A stretch of 64,000 bases of DNA, taken from Azolla caroliniana (taxonomy: Eukaryota > Plantae > Polypodiophyta). Below the pieces are notes generated by a model. It made no database searches. It saw nothing but the letters and a program-made list of their open reading frames with translations, and was not told the origin of the DNA. This document shows, piece after piece, positions 36,360-49,952 of the stretch; within the stretch, counting starts at the first letter, position 1, and each line of letters opens with the position of its first letter. The DNA lies in assembly GCA_043228905.1 (NCBI GenBank), contig JBHGNT010000009.1, forward strand, positions 9,176,001 through 9,240,000, written 5' to 3'. Both the position numbers and the translations under genes were made by a program.

Positions 36360-39300
36360 AATATTGCACTAGGCAGAATTAGTGCCAGGCTCATTTATGA
36401 GCATTCAAGTACTAATTGGTGCTTGTGACAGCCCACTCGTTAGGTCTTGTATAAAAACTGCTCCATGAGCACGGTGTATGTACAGAGTTTTCATTATTTG
36501 TAATAGAAATTGTTGTCTGCTCTCTCTGTCTCTCTCTCTCATCACCATCACCATTCTCTGTGTTTACCTAACTGTCGACTTTCCGAAACCCGATTGTGTA
36601 CTCTGTGTCTATTGCATACGATTCCGCACACGTATTCTTTTACATGGTATCAAAGCACGAGGGTTGAGACTCCTCTACAGCTGACAGAAAAGCAAGCGAA
36701 CAAGACAGAGACAAGGCTTCTCGTTTTTCAGAAAAGAAAAGATAGGAACTTGGACCAAGGAATGGGAAGCTCGTGTCCAATTGAAAAGCTCAACAGGAGC
36801 AACTATGCATTTTGGTCGTACAAGATGCACTAGTACCGGCTTGGCCATAGTTACTGGAGTTATGTCAAAGGAGCTAATGATGCATCACCTGAATCAACAC
36901 GCAAAGATTTCCCGGCCTGGGAACAGGCGACGAGTAGAGTTGTCTACTGCTTTGCATCTTGTGTGAGTGATCTACTTCTGAGCTACATTCGGGATGCCAG
37001 GACACCGAAGGATGCTTGGGGAAATCTGAAGAAGATTTTCGATGCAAGAACCATAGCAAGAAAGCTTCAGCTCAGGCAGGAGCTGAGCAATGTCTGACAA
37101 AGAGACATGTTGGTGGCTGACTACACCTCCAAGATCAAGAAGATCTGTGACTCCCTCACCTCCGTCAACATGAACGTCGAGGAGGACGAAACGGTGCAGT
37201 TTGCTTTGGAGGGTTGGTGTCAAAGTTTGGAGCATTCCGAATGGTGGTCTGCACTAGGGAGAATACACCTTCGGTTTTTGAGCTTCAATCGATGTTGCTC
37301 GTAGAAGAAAACCACTCGGGTGCATCGACGAGTACGCACACTTACAACAAGATGTTGTACACGGAGGTGGAGAGACCTCGTGGACGTGGTGGACGAGGTG
37401 GGTCGGTGCATAATGGAAGCGGCCGACATGAGCCAAACTTGAGCATAATCAAAATGCTGACAATTGTTTCGGACCCTCCACAAGTAGGGGGAGTCAAGGC
37501 GGCGTTGGAGGTCGGCAAGGAAAGGTCACGACAGACTATTGGTACTATGGCCAAAAGGGCCACACACAGAGCGAGTGCTGGAAATAGCGACCCGATTTGC
37601 ACAAAGATAGATCTAGCCGAGGAGATGCAGATAGGTGTAAGAGATCATTGTACGCCGATGGCTTGGGGCGAGCTGAAACGGGCCCAGCCTCTCTCATGAA
37701 GCACAATGCCAACTCGATGGCGGTGAGCACCTCAAGGTCGAATGAGGTGTGGTATGTGGATTCAGGCGGATCGAACCACATGACGAATCACAAGGAGTGG
37801 TTCTTGACTCTGGAAAAGTCGGAGCAGCCAGGAGTTGTTGAAATTAGCGATGACACCCCTCACCCCATCGAACATATCGGAGACGTCCCTTTAAGCCATG
37901 TCGGCCAAAAATGGATAATGAGGAATGTCTAGCATGTGCCGACAATCACCAAGAACTTGGTGTCAATCAAACAAATTGTCGATCAGGGCGTGCAAGTTCG
38001 ATTTACTCATCTTGGGTGCTTCATAGAAGAAGAAGGCATGATAATTGCGCAAGGGCGTCAAGAAGGGAGGGTATTCATCCTCGAGACCAACAACGTAGGC
38101 ACCGTTATGTTTGCAAAAGGGCAGAAAGTTGAATTAGATATCGACCTGTGGCACAAGCAGTTCACCCATGTCAACTTCCCGCGACTTTGAGAGATACAGA
38201 CGAAAAACATCATTTTCAGATTTCCGAACGGGAGACCGATCGAAAGATCAAGTGCCTAAAGTCCGATGGCGGAAAAGAGTACTTTTCTGACCAGTTCTCT
38301 AGCTATCTGCAAAAGGAAGGAATTCGACGCGAAATTTCATGCAGATACACACCGGAGTAGAACGGTGTGGCTTAGTGGAAGAATCGGACGATCGAAGAAG
38401 CGGCCAGCGCAATGCTTGAAGAGAAGCATATGCCGAAGTTTTATTGGGCCAAAGCCGTCAGGAGAGCGATATACCTGTAGAATAGGATTTCTGCAAATGG
38501 AGGAGTGTCACCACACGAGCTGTATTTTGGGAAGAAACCGAATTTGGCACACTTGAGGGTATTCGGTAGGATAGCATATGTGCATGTGCTATCCTACCGA
38601 GGAGAAGTTAGATGCGCAAGCCGAGAAGTGCATTCTCGTCGGCTAGTCGGATGAGCAAAAGTGTTATAAGTGTTATAACCCCGGAACGAAAGAGGTGCGA
38701 GTAAGCCGAGATGTCGTTTTCGACAAGTTGGCTTCGTGGTACTTGCCTCAATCTCCAACCCTCATCCACACCATTCCGAATTCTGAGGATGAGGATAGTG
38801 AGGCCGAGTTGCACCTAAATGAGGACGAAATCAGAGCTCTACAAGAGAGCCCAATTTCATTTCGGCTAAGTGGGTCGAATGAGTGACTGAGTCAAACAGA
38901 CCAGTCAGAGTATGAGCCGGCGAGTAGTGGACACTCATCCATGCAGTCCCCAGGCCAAAAAACAAGGAGACGGTTTACGCGCAAGGAGAAGGGGAAGATG
39001 ACGATGCCGAAGTACGACATAGAGGCCGAAATATCGGATCAAAGCAAATCCAACACGGTCGAAAGCAATGAGGGACCTCCGAAAAAGAGGTTGAAATCGG
39101 TCAAGAGGGCCAAGAAATCAGGTAACCAAGGATTGCATTGATCCACCCGCCAAAAGAATCCCATAATTCGGTACAGATATGGCGCATCATTACGCGTATA
39201 TGGCGAAGGTGGTAGATGTGCATGAGTCGGAGAGCAACGCGGAAGCGGCGGAGGACACAAATTGGTGTGCCGCAATGGAGGAAGAGATTTGAGCATTATT

Positions 39301-40089
39301 GGAGAACAAGATTTGGGATCTGGTTGACACCCCCAAGGGTGTGAAGCCAATCAGATGCAGGTGGATGTACAAGGTCAAGTACAACGCCGACAGCTCAGTC
39401 AACCGCTATAAGGCCTGATTGGTGGCCAAGGGCTATGCGTAGAAACACGACATCGATTACGATGAGACCTTCATGCTGACGAGAAATATGCGGAATAATC
39501 TCCGGCCACAACCGAAACGTACATCACTTGATGGCAATCAAACATAGAAGAAATGGGAATGGAGGTAAGTACACAAACCGAAAGAGAATACACAGGATGT
39601 TAACGTGGAAAACCTTGAGAAGGAAAAACCACAGGAGTCCACAGATTCCAAACTATCACTATGTCAAGGAGTACAACAGGGAGCACAGAGGCAACGACCT
39701 CTTGCTCACAATCTTCGCCTGGCGGCGGTTACAATAGAGACATGCTCTGTATCGCTCTCTCTCTCTCCCTCTCAGTACAGTCGTAACACCAATAACTCTA
39801 TACAAAGATAATAACGGCAACTATGATGCTTAAACACATTGTTTGCCCTAGGTCACATTTATACTAATATGTCATTAGGACTATTTACAGATATAGCCCC
39901 AATGGGCTCTCAGAAACATATCTACATATATGTCCTTTCATCCGGTGAGAGGTTGTCACCGGGCCTGCAACATCCGGTTCTCACCGGGTCTTCCTTGCCG
40001 GGTACTCGTCATCCGGTTCTCATCGGGTCTTCCGATGTCGGCTCTTCGTATCCCATCCGGAGGGACCGAGATCCTAACAAACTCCCCCT

Positions 40090-43000
40090 TCACTCCAGCA
40101 TGGGATGCCTCGTCAATCCGATCCGCTTCCGGCATGCATCTAGCATGTCGGGCGTCAGCACCTTGGTCAGCATATCCGACTCGTTCTCCTCCGTGTGGAT
40201 CTTCATCAGCATGAATTCTCGGTCTTCTATTCGCTCCTGAATCCAGTGGTACCTCCGTTGGATGTGCTTCTTCTTGGAATGATACGTTGCGTTCTCCGCA
40301 AGGTGGATGGCACTTTGACTGTTGCAATAGAGCTGATATTCCTCTTGTCGGATCCCTAGCTCTTCGATGAAGTCCTTCATCCATAGTATTTCCTTGTCGG
40401 CTTCCACAGCCGCCATGTACTCTGCTTCCGTGGTTGACAACGCAACCGTCTTCAACAGCCTCGAGTGCCACAAAACAGCTCCCCCCGCATATGTCATGAC
40501 ATATCCAGATGTTGATCGGCTGGTATCTGCATCAGTCGACATATTTGAATCGGTGAAACTGTCATGTTGGGGTTTACTAGAGCTGAATCGGAGACACATG
40601 CTTGAGGTGCCTTTCAAGTATCGGAGTATCCATTTTACCGCATTCCAGTGCTCCTTGCCGGGATTGCTCATAAACCGGCTCACCACTCCGACTGCATATC
40701 CGATATCCGATCAGGTACACACCATAGCGTACATTAGGCTCCCGACGGCAGAGGCATATGGTATCTTCATCATATCCGCCTTCTCTGCCTTCGTCTTCGG
40801 GCTTTACTTACCGAATAACCTGCAATTTGCCGGAAGTGTCGATCCGACCAGTTTCGCATCTGACATGTTGAACCGCTGAAGCACCTTTGTCACGTACTTC
40901 TCTTGTGACAGCCACAGTTGCTTCGTTGGCCGGTCCCGGATGATATGCATCCCCAACATCTGTCTTGTCGAACCCAAGTCTTTCATTGAGAAGGCCCGGT
41001 TCAGGGCCTTCTTCAGCATCTGTATCTTGACTTGGTCTCGTCCGACGATCAACATGTCGTCCACGTACAAGAGGAGTATCAGGAAGTCTCCACCTTCGAA
41101 CTTCTTCACAAATATGCAGTGATCAGCCTGCGTCTTGTCGTACCCTTGATCGGTCATGCAGGAGTCAAACTTCTGGTACCATTGCCGAGGAGCCGGCTTC
41201 AACCCGTAAAATCTTTTCTAACCTGCAAACTAAGTGCTCCTTCCCTTTCTTCACAAATCCCTCTAGTTGTTGCATGTAGATCTCCTCTTCGAGGTCTTCG
41301 TGGAGGAACGTCGTCTTCACGTCTAACTGCTCTACCTCAAGGTTCATCCTTGCCGCTATGCTCAGCACCGTCCGGATGGAAGTCATCTTTACTACCAGTG
41401 TCGTGTGGTTTTTCACACACGATATGAAAACTAGTAAAATAATTATATACGATTAGCTTAATATATTGATATGGGAAGATAGATGTGTTCAAGAGCTTCA
41501 TAGCGTATTTTACTACGCATAAAACGGATAAACAAGTATCAAGTTATGTGAGTGTAAAGTTTGAAGAAAAGAAAAGAAAAGACAAAACTGTGAGATATCC
41601 CACATAGATAGGACAACATTGGAACCCAGAATATATAAGGGAACCCAAAACATATTCATTCTATCAATGTATGGAGCACAGAATGTTCAAGGTGACGTGG
41701 GCTACATTGTGTGGTGTGCACGCTTTGAGCATACGTGTGTATGCACGATTGTGTTAACGCTTTGGGCGTACGTGCGTGTGCATGGCCACGTGGACGTTTT
41801 CAGACGTACGCGTGCATGGATTGCACGACTGTGTTAACGCTTTAGGCGTACGCGCGTGTGCATGGCCGCGTGGACGTTTTCGGACGTACACGCGCATGGA
41901 CGTCTTCGGATGTAAGTGCGTGTGCAAGTTTAGGCGTATGCATGGACGTCTTCGGATGTACGTGCGTGTGCAAGTTTCAGGCGTATGCGTGGACGTTTTG
42001 GACGAACACGTGTGTGCGGACGAGCGTGCGTGCGCACGTGCATGGATGCGTACACTACGGTGCGGTCGAGACTTTTCTGCGCGAATGCGTACACGGTGCA
42101 GGTTGGACGCGCGCGCGCATCAATGCGTACACTACACGGTCGGGACTTTTGCACACGGACGCGTCTACAGTTTGGTTGTGATGCACGTATGGATTGCGCA
42201 CGGGCAAAACTTTATGGATGATTGTGTCATTTGGCCGAATTATACGGACATTCGCATGCAACCAAAAGCCAAGGCCATGCAACTAAAAGTAAAAGGCATC
42301 CATCTAAAAATGGAAGCATGCAACTAAAAGCAGAGGCCATCCAACTAAAAGTGGGCATGCAAAGTAACATTGGGGAGGAGGATGAACAAGGAGCTCGATA
42401 TATGTCCCATTTTTTCCCTCTTAGTTTTTTTCCTTCTTTAATCTTCCCTCTCAGATTCAAGAAACAAATTATCTCACATATTGATATCAAACTCCGAGCT
42501 TTGTTTACTTGATCTTTCTAGTCAAAAATTATCTCTTGTATTCATATCGGACCACTCCTTGCATGGTTGTTGGCTCCTTTCTTTGAAAAATTAATCTCTC
42601 ATTTCCATACCCAATCTATTGTAACAAGATTCTGAAATTATAAAGAATCGATTTTCTTTTGCAATAAACTAATGATTTGTCTCTCCCACTTGTCTTATGC
42701 TTAAAACTTGCTTGTGTTGTACATGTTGCACTAAATCCTTCTAGTCCAGAACCCCGGCGGTTCCGTCTCACGATCCGCACATAGTGACGGATTTTCACGA
42801 CACCGGCGCAAATATCTCGTCGAAGTCCACGCCCTTCTTCTGTTGGAACACCTTCACCACGATCCTGGCTTTGTACCTTGGAGGGTTGCCGACATCTCTC
42901 GGTTTCAACTTGTACACCCACTTGTTTCGGAGTGCCCTCTTTCCTTTCGGCAACTCCACCAATTCATACGTGTGGTTCTCATGCAGGGAATCCATCTCAT

Positions 43001-45482
43001 CTTGCATGGCACTCAACCACTTGCGGCTATGGGTGTCATTCTTCGCTTCTTCGAAGCTTTCTGGCTCCCCCTCATCGGTCAGCAGCACATGCTCTGCATC
43101 CGGAAATCTTTGGGGGGGCCTTCTCTCTCTGAGAGGATATCTCCGCCTTTGGCTTTCGGCAACCGGCTCCTCTATTTGTTCTTCATCCGAATTCGATTCG
43201 GGGTCTTGGCCGGTTCCGGTTTCAACTTCCTCTACTTCTTCTTCTGCTGGTTCGGTATCCTCACCGTAACCGGAGTGTCAACCGGCTCTTAGCCGGGTGG
43301 GTCCGAATCTCATCGGAGTTCATTATCTTCTTCTTCGACTCCCAGTTGGCAAGAGTCTTGTCCTCCATGAAGATAATATCTCGGCTCCGGAAAACCTTCT
43401 TGTCAACCGAATCCCACACTCGGTAGCTGAACCAATCATCGTCGTATCCAAGGAATATGCATGGTCGGGTCTTTGGATCCAACTTTCCTCTCCGGTCCTT
43501 AGCAACATGCATGTACGCGAGACACCCGAACACCTCCGGTTCACACCTTTTGCGGCGTGTCTCCATCCAAGGGCACTGAGGGTGATCTGTTTATCACATA
43601 GATCGTTGTCGACAGCGCCTTAGCCCAAAACGTCTTGGGTAGTTTAGCATGTGCTAGCATACTCCGGACCCTCTCCATTATGGTCTGGTTCATCCTCTCG
43701 GCTAGCCCGTTTAGTTCCGGCGTCTTCGGCACGGTAATTTCGAGCCGGATTCCCTTCGAACGGCAGTACTCCTCGAACTGCCCCCGGTATTCCCCTCCGT
43801 TATCTGCTCGAACCGCCTTCAGCTTCCATCCGGTTTTTCTTTCCACTCTTGCGTGGAGCTCCTTGAAGACGGATAACACCTGATCCTTCGTCTTCAACAG
43901 TGTCGCCCACAGCCTCCTGTTGTGGTCATCTATGAACGTCACGAAGTACTGCGCTCCGGCATGGGACTTCATGTCCACTTGACACACATCGGTATGCACC
44001 AACTCCAATGGTGCATTACGTCTCATCGGTGGCCTTGATTGGAAGGAGGTCCAGTTTTGCTTACCGGCTAGGCAGTCGGTGCACCTCTCAAGATGCACGT
44101 TCTTCACCGGAATGAAGTTGTCATCAGCAAGCCTCTTCATCCCCTTCACGCTCATGTGACACAGTCTCTTGTGCCACAGCTCACCGGCAGTGTCGGAAAC
44201 CACGTTCACTTCTTCCGGGCATAACCGAGCATTCATCAGGTACAACGTGTTGACCTTCCGGGCCCGAGCCACTATCAGGCTCCCTTTGCTGAATTTCATG
44301 ACTCCGTTCCAGATGCTACCCATGTAGCCTTCATCATCTAGCCGGTCGGCTGATATCAGGTTTAGTCGAACCTCCGGAACGTGCCGGACATCCTTCAGCA
44401 ACAGCTTCCATCCGGTTGGTATTGTCAACCACACGTCTCCTATGCCGACAATTCGGCATGTACCTTCATTCCCCATCCGGACACAGCCGTGATCACTGGA
44501 TGTGTAGGATGAGAAGCATTTCCAGTCCGGGGTTAAGGTAGAACGACGCTCCGGAATCGACAACCCACGTTGTCTCGTCGCCGGCAAGGTTCAACTCACT
44601 CTCCTCGGTGATGAGCATCAACTCTTCTTCACTTGCCGCGATTGCCGTCGTTCCCTTCCGGTCCGATCCCCTCCGGTCTTTACCGTTCTGGTCCAGTGTC
44701 CGCTTTGAATCGGTATCATCGGTTTCCTTGTCTTTTCGGAAGTGCCGACAGTTCTTCTGGAAGTGTCCTGGCTTGCCGCAATAGAAGCAAGTAGGTTTCC
44801 CCCTTAACTTTGACCGTGTCCTCGACTTTTCCCAGTTCTGGGGACTACGGTTCCTCTGTCTTCTGCGTTCTGATTCGGTAAGGAGCGCTTTTGAGTTGGA
44901 GCTCGTATCCTTGTCTTTCCAACGCGTCTCCTCATCTAGCAAGCTTGACTTCACTCTTGTTAGGGATAAATGTTTCCCTTCCGGCCCGGCGTTGCCCAAA
45001 GTGACAACCAACGTCTCCCAGCTATCTGGGAGGGAACCGAGCAGGAGTAGTGCTAGTACCTCATTGGCGAGAGGTACTTCCAATGATGTTGCCTGGTGGA
45101 TCAGCCCCTGGAAGGCATTCATGTGCTCCGCCATGTTGGAACCATCTTGGTACCGGAGTCTTACTAGCTTCCGAAATACTGAAACCTGATTAACAACATT
45201 TTTGTTCTGAAACATAATGTCGATCTTCTCCCATAGCTCATGAGCCTTGCTCTCTTCATTGAAGTTGTTGTATAGACTCATGTCGATGAAGCACCGTATG
45301 TACACCGTTGTCTTCATGTGCATCACCTCCCATATCGTGGCATCGATTTTGTCCAGTCTCTTGTCCCCAAACTGAACCGGCAACCAAAGATCTTTAACCA
45401 CGAGCATGTCCCTCATCTTCAACTTCCACACTGAGTAGTTGGAGACGGTGAGCTTGAACATGCCTCCCAACGAATCGTCCAT
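40090..45482 (-). pseudogene. Copia-G gag-pol (frameshifted, interrupted by a solo LTR)
   Basis: MDDSLGGMFKL, CFYCGKPGHFQKNC, WVVDSGASF, LVHTDVC, RADNGGEY, LLYVDDML, LSTTEAEY. Confidence 0.93.
41399..42802. mobile_element. 1.4-kb solo-LTR-like insertion with a 4-bp TSD in the Copia-G RT
   Basis: TGTCGTG..CACGACA 7-bp terminal inverted repeat. Flanks CCAG/CCGG; removal restores EIFAPVVKMT. No coding domain. Confidence 0.85.
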
Positions 45483-48400
45483 TTTTCTGTGTCGTTTCGC
45501 TCTGATACCAATTTGACGAGAAATATGCGGAATAATCTCCGGCCACAACCGAAGCGTATATCACTTGATGACAATCAAACATAGAAGAAATGGGAATGGA
45601 GGTAAGTACACAAACCGAAAGAGAATACACAGGATGTTAACGTGGAAAACCCTGAGAGGGAAAAACCACGGGAGTCCACAGACTCCAAACTATCACTATG
45701 TCAAGGAGTACAACAGGGAGCATAGAGGCAACGACCTCTTGCTCACAATCTTCGCCTAGCGGCGGTTACAATAGAGACATGCTCTGTATCGCTCTCTCTC
45801 TCTCTCTCTCTCTCAATACAATCGTAACACCAATAACACTATACAAAGATAATAACAGCAACTATGATGCTTAAACACACTGTTTGCCCTAGGTCACATT
45901 TATACTAATATGACATTAGGACTATTTATAGATATAGCCCCAATGGGCTCTCAGAAACATATCTACATATATGTCCCTTCATCCGGTGAGAGGTTCTCAC
46001 CGGGCCTGCAACATTCGGTTCTCACTAGGTTTTCCTTGTCGGGTACTTGTCATCCAGTTCTCACCGGGTCTTCCGATGTCGGGCCTTCGTATCCCATCCG
46101 GAGGGACCGAGATCCTAACACATGTCGGTCACGAAGATGACAACCGTTCGTGCATTGCTTGCGGTAGCCACGGCAAAGGGGTGGCATTTACATCAGATGG
46201 GAGTAAAGAACACGTCGTTCCTACAAGGCAATCTTGAGGAACAAGTGTACATGGTACAACCCCCACCCCCAATATCTATCCGAATGGAACACCTCGGTGG
46301 TTTGTTGATTGAAGAGGTTGCCATACGGACTCAAGCAAGCCCCGCGTTCTTGGAACACGAAGATCATGCAAAGCGTGCATAGGATGGAGTTTGCTTTGTC
46401 GAAATCGAACTCTTCATTGTTCATTCGGTCGAGTCGGACCAGACCAATTAGCATTCTACTATATGTCGACGATCTAGTCATCGTCGGTGCCGACCTCAGA
46501 GAAATCAGTCGTGTAAAGTCTCAACTTGCAGCATCATTCGAAATGAAGGATGTGGGGGACCTTCATTACTTCCTCGGGATGGAAGTGATCCGAACCTTGA
46601 AGGCATAATGATCAGCCAACACCACTATGTGTTGAATATGCTCTTCATGTTCAGGATGACCGATTGCAAATCCGTCTCAATCCCTCTGGACAGAAACATG
46701 AAGGTTCGCCAAGGTTCAGGAAAGGCGTGCGACCCAGCACAGGTACGACACATTGTCAGAAGCCTCATCTACTTGACGATCACCCAGTCGGACCTCAGTT
46801 ACCTGGTCGGCTTGATGAGTCAATTCATGTCGCTGCCAAAGATCGAACACCTTAATTGCGCGCAAAGGATATTGCGATATGTCAGCAGCACTAAAGATAG
46901 GGCGTTGCTATATCGGGCAGGAGTAACAGAGGAGTTAGTCGGCTACACAGATGCCGATTGGGCCGGAAATGTCGGCGATTGAAGGTCAACTTCAGGATTC
47001 ACGTTTTCATTGGGAAACGTTGTGATCGCTTGGAGTAGCAAAAAACGGCCAACACTGGCACTGTCGAGCATTGAGGTCGAGTATTGAGGGGCGGTTGTCG
47101 CCACGTGCAAAACCATTTGGCTAAAAAGGCTATTAAAGGATTTGCATGTGGAGGTGTTTGAACTGACAATGATATACTGTGACAACCTCAGTAGTATCCA
47201 ACTCGCAAAGAACCCTGTCGTCTTCCACGCCCGAACAAAGCAATTTGAGGTGCACTGTCATTTGGTCCACGACAGAGTCCTCTCCGGTGGAGTTGAACTT
47301 GTGTATGTTCCGACTGATCAGTAGGTGGCCGATATCTTCACCAAACCTCTTGGCCTAGACAAGTTGCGACATTTTTCGAGTATGTTTGGCTTACAGCAGC
47401 TCAACATCCCGAACTTGAGGGGGAGGAGTGAAGTCGAAAAGGAGAGAGACAAAGTTCGTGAAACCAAATCGGATGAAGAATTCGATTTCAACATGACTAA
47501 AGAAGTTGGAATATCCGGATTGGCTGGAGAAGTGGAGGACACATGGACAAGTGGAAGAAGATCGGCTAAGCAAAGGCTAGCCACATGCAAGGGGAGCGGT
47601 CAAAAGAAAGAGTCGAAGCCATAACCAACCGAACCAAGGGGAGGAAAAGCCGAGAAGGGCAAGAGAGGCGGCAGAGTCGAGAAGGATAGAGCTGACCGAG
47701 TGAAGGCCAAGACCAGGACATGGGCAAATGTGGTCAAGGGCTGAAAGCAGAACCAATCAAAAGCAACCGATTCGATCAAAGTGTTCGATTTGGGGGAACC
47801 GAATCGATTGGCCAAGCGGACGAGAAGGCAGTCGAAGCTGACACCGAAACGGAGGAACCAACGGGTCGAGGGGCGTTGTCGTAGTGTATTTCGTACACTA
47901 CGTGAAAAACGTATAAACTACGACAGCACGAATACCAGGACAACGAGGGAGCTGAAAAGGGCCAAGGCAGCAGACAAGCCAATCATAGAGGTCGAGGTAC
48001 GCGGAACCAGACGAGTCAAGAAGCGTCAGACTGAAGAGGTCGTGGGACGCAAGGCCGGACTAGACAAGGAGCGCAAGCGAGGGGTTGGGACACTAGGGGA
48101 AGAGGCTGGAGTTACGAAACAGCCAAAGCTGACATGATAGTGGAACCTCAAGTTGAGCTTGAGGGGGAGTGTTGAGAGAGAAGCTCAACATGAGTCGAAT
48201 CGGCTAAAGAAGTCGAGGGCTGAGGGCCGAGAGCCAAGAGCGGGGGGGTGGGAGGTGGGAGGTGGGAGCCGAATTGAAGAGAGTTTGATTCAGGTATGCT
48301 GAGATGGAAGGATTCCGAAAGGTCGTTGATGGCCTATATTCCTATTATAGAAGATAGGAATATTGTAGGTAGAATTAGTGTCAGGCTCATTTATGAGCAT

Positions 48401-48638
48401 TCAAGTATTGATGGTACTTGTGTCAGCCCACTTGTCAGGGGCTTGTATAAAAAGTGCTCACTGAGCATGGTGTATGTACAGAGTGTTCATTATTTGTAAT
48501 AGAAATTGTTGTCTGCTCTCTCTGTCTCTTTCTCATCACCATCACCATTCTCTGCCTTTACCTAACTGTCGAGTTTCTGAAACCCAACTGTGTACTCAAT
48601 GTTTATCGCATACACTTCCGCACATGTATTCTTTTACA

Positions 48639-49905
48639 TGGGGCAAGACATAAAAGTGGTGTGAGAAAGTGAGACTGAGGAAGTGAGACTGCCTAAGGTT
48701 ACGGTGCATTGGGCTTGCGTGCGAGAGTGGTATAGATGTTGGTGATCACCAAAAAAGGACTTGAATGGAGGGATCAATGGATTTGGGGAAGCCTATCTGG
48801 TGAACTAAAATGGCGCTAATGGAAGAGATACTACTACAAGAGTCTAACAAGATGGTGTGGGTTGAGTGACTAATGGTGGTGCATACCCACGAAGTGGAAG
48901 AGGCAGACGTTTGGACGCATGGGGCTTAGCTCTTCCATCAGCACCCCATTTTCCCGAAAGCTTAGCCAAAGATGTTGCGTCAGCCACGGTGATCAAGGCT
49001 TGTTGCTCGTGAGATTGTTGTTGCAATTTCCGGCAGTGATGTCGAACGTGTCCATAATTGTTGCAATAGAAGCACTTCGGGGCCCTTGGGCATCACGATT
49101 GGGAAGATTGCGGCGAGCCTGTAGTTGCACGTTTTGGACATCAATGTCCATGGGGATTGCTCCCTTGTTCAGGGCTCGCAAGTCAGTCGATGGTGGAGGG
49201 GGCCAACATGGTTGAGAGTCGGATAACGTCCAATCTTCGATGCATTGGGTGATGAGGCTGGCTTCGTTGAATGTCTTGGGCCCTTGGTCTGAGGCATGTC
49301 GGGTGATCGGGTGATGTCATGAAGCAAACGAGGCCATAAGAAGAAAAGCTTGACATGCTCGGGCATAGTAGGATCAGCACGAACGAGGAGTTGATTTAAA
49401 CAAACACCAAATTGGCCCACTAGTCCATGTGTTTGTTGCTGCAACGTCTCGAGATGTTGCAACGCTGTCTGGGCTGAATTTTGATGGGCGAAGTTTTGAA
49501 CGAGGAGATCCTGGAGGATCACCCAGTTCTCTGTCACTTCGCTTGCTTGTTGTACATACCAGGTGGCAGTGACATTTTCGAGTAGGGTACAAACTTACAA
49601 AGCTTTGCGCGCGTCGGACCATTGGTGGTAACTAGAGATCATCTCAAAGCAGTCCAACCAAGCTAACACATCCTTAGAGGGAGAGCCGAGAAAGACTTCA
49701 GATGAACCTTGGAATATGACCGATCTTGAGACCGTTCACTGTTAATGGAGAGGAAGAAGAGCATAGCTTGATTTGTGTGGCTGATTTGAAGCATGGCGTT
49801 GGAGAGGACTTGCAAGAGTTGCTCCACTTGGAAGGGGGGTGGCAGCTCATGAGGCTGCATAGGGGTGTCAATGTAGGAGGCAACAGGAGGGAGTTGTGAC
49901 ACCAT
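48639..49905 (-). pseudogene. Gypsy-H gag and protease start (decayed)
   Basis: DVLAWLDCFE..W, W..LQDLLVQNF, PMDID, zinc knuckle CFYCNNYGHVRHHC near 49025-49075. Confidence 0.8.
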
Positions 49906-49952
49906 GAACAAAGTGGTAGCGGGAAAAATTTTAACCCACTTCTCCACCAATA

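Larger units (their letters stand above)
39477..46120 (-). mobile_element. Copia-G: Ty1/Copia element (A/G family) nested in the Copia-F RT
   Basis: LTRs 39477-40079 and 45514-46120. TSD CATGC/CATGT. Met PBS at 45499-45510. PPT at 40080-40089. Confidence 0.95.
36360..48638 (+). mobile_element. Copia-F: decayed Ty1/Copia element (D/E/F family) with a truncated 5' LTR
   Basis: Partial 5' LTR 36360-36644, PBS tggtatcaaagc, gag-pol at ~36760-39476 and 46121-47624, PPT 48158-48169, 3' LTR 48170-48638. Left TSD lost. Confidence 0.92.

Noticed and set aside
41619-42327. Cys/Arg/Val-rich ORFs
   Set aside because: They are translations of low-complexity alternating repeats inside the 41399-42802 insertion.
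3792-46120. All four A/G-family insertions share minus orientation
   Set aside because: Four events are too few to distinguish from chance.
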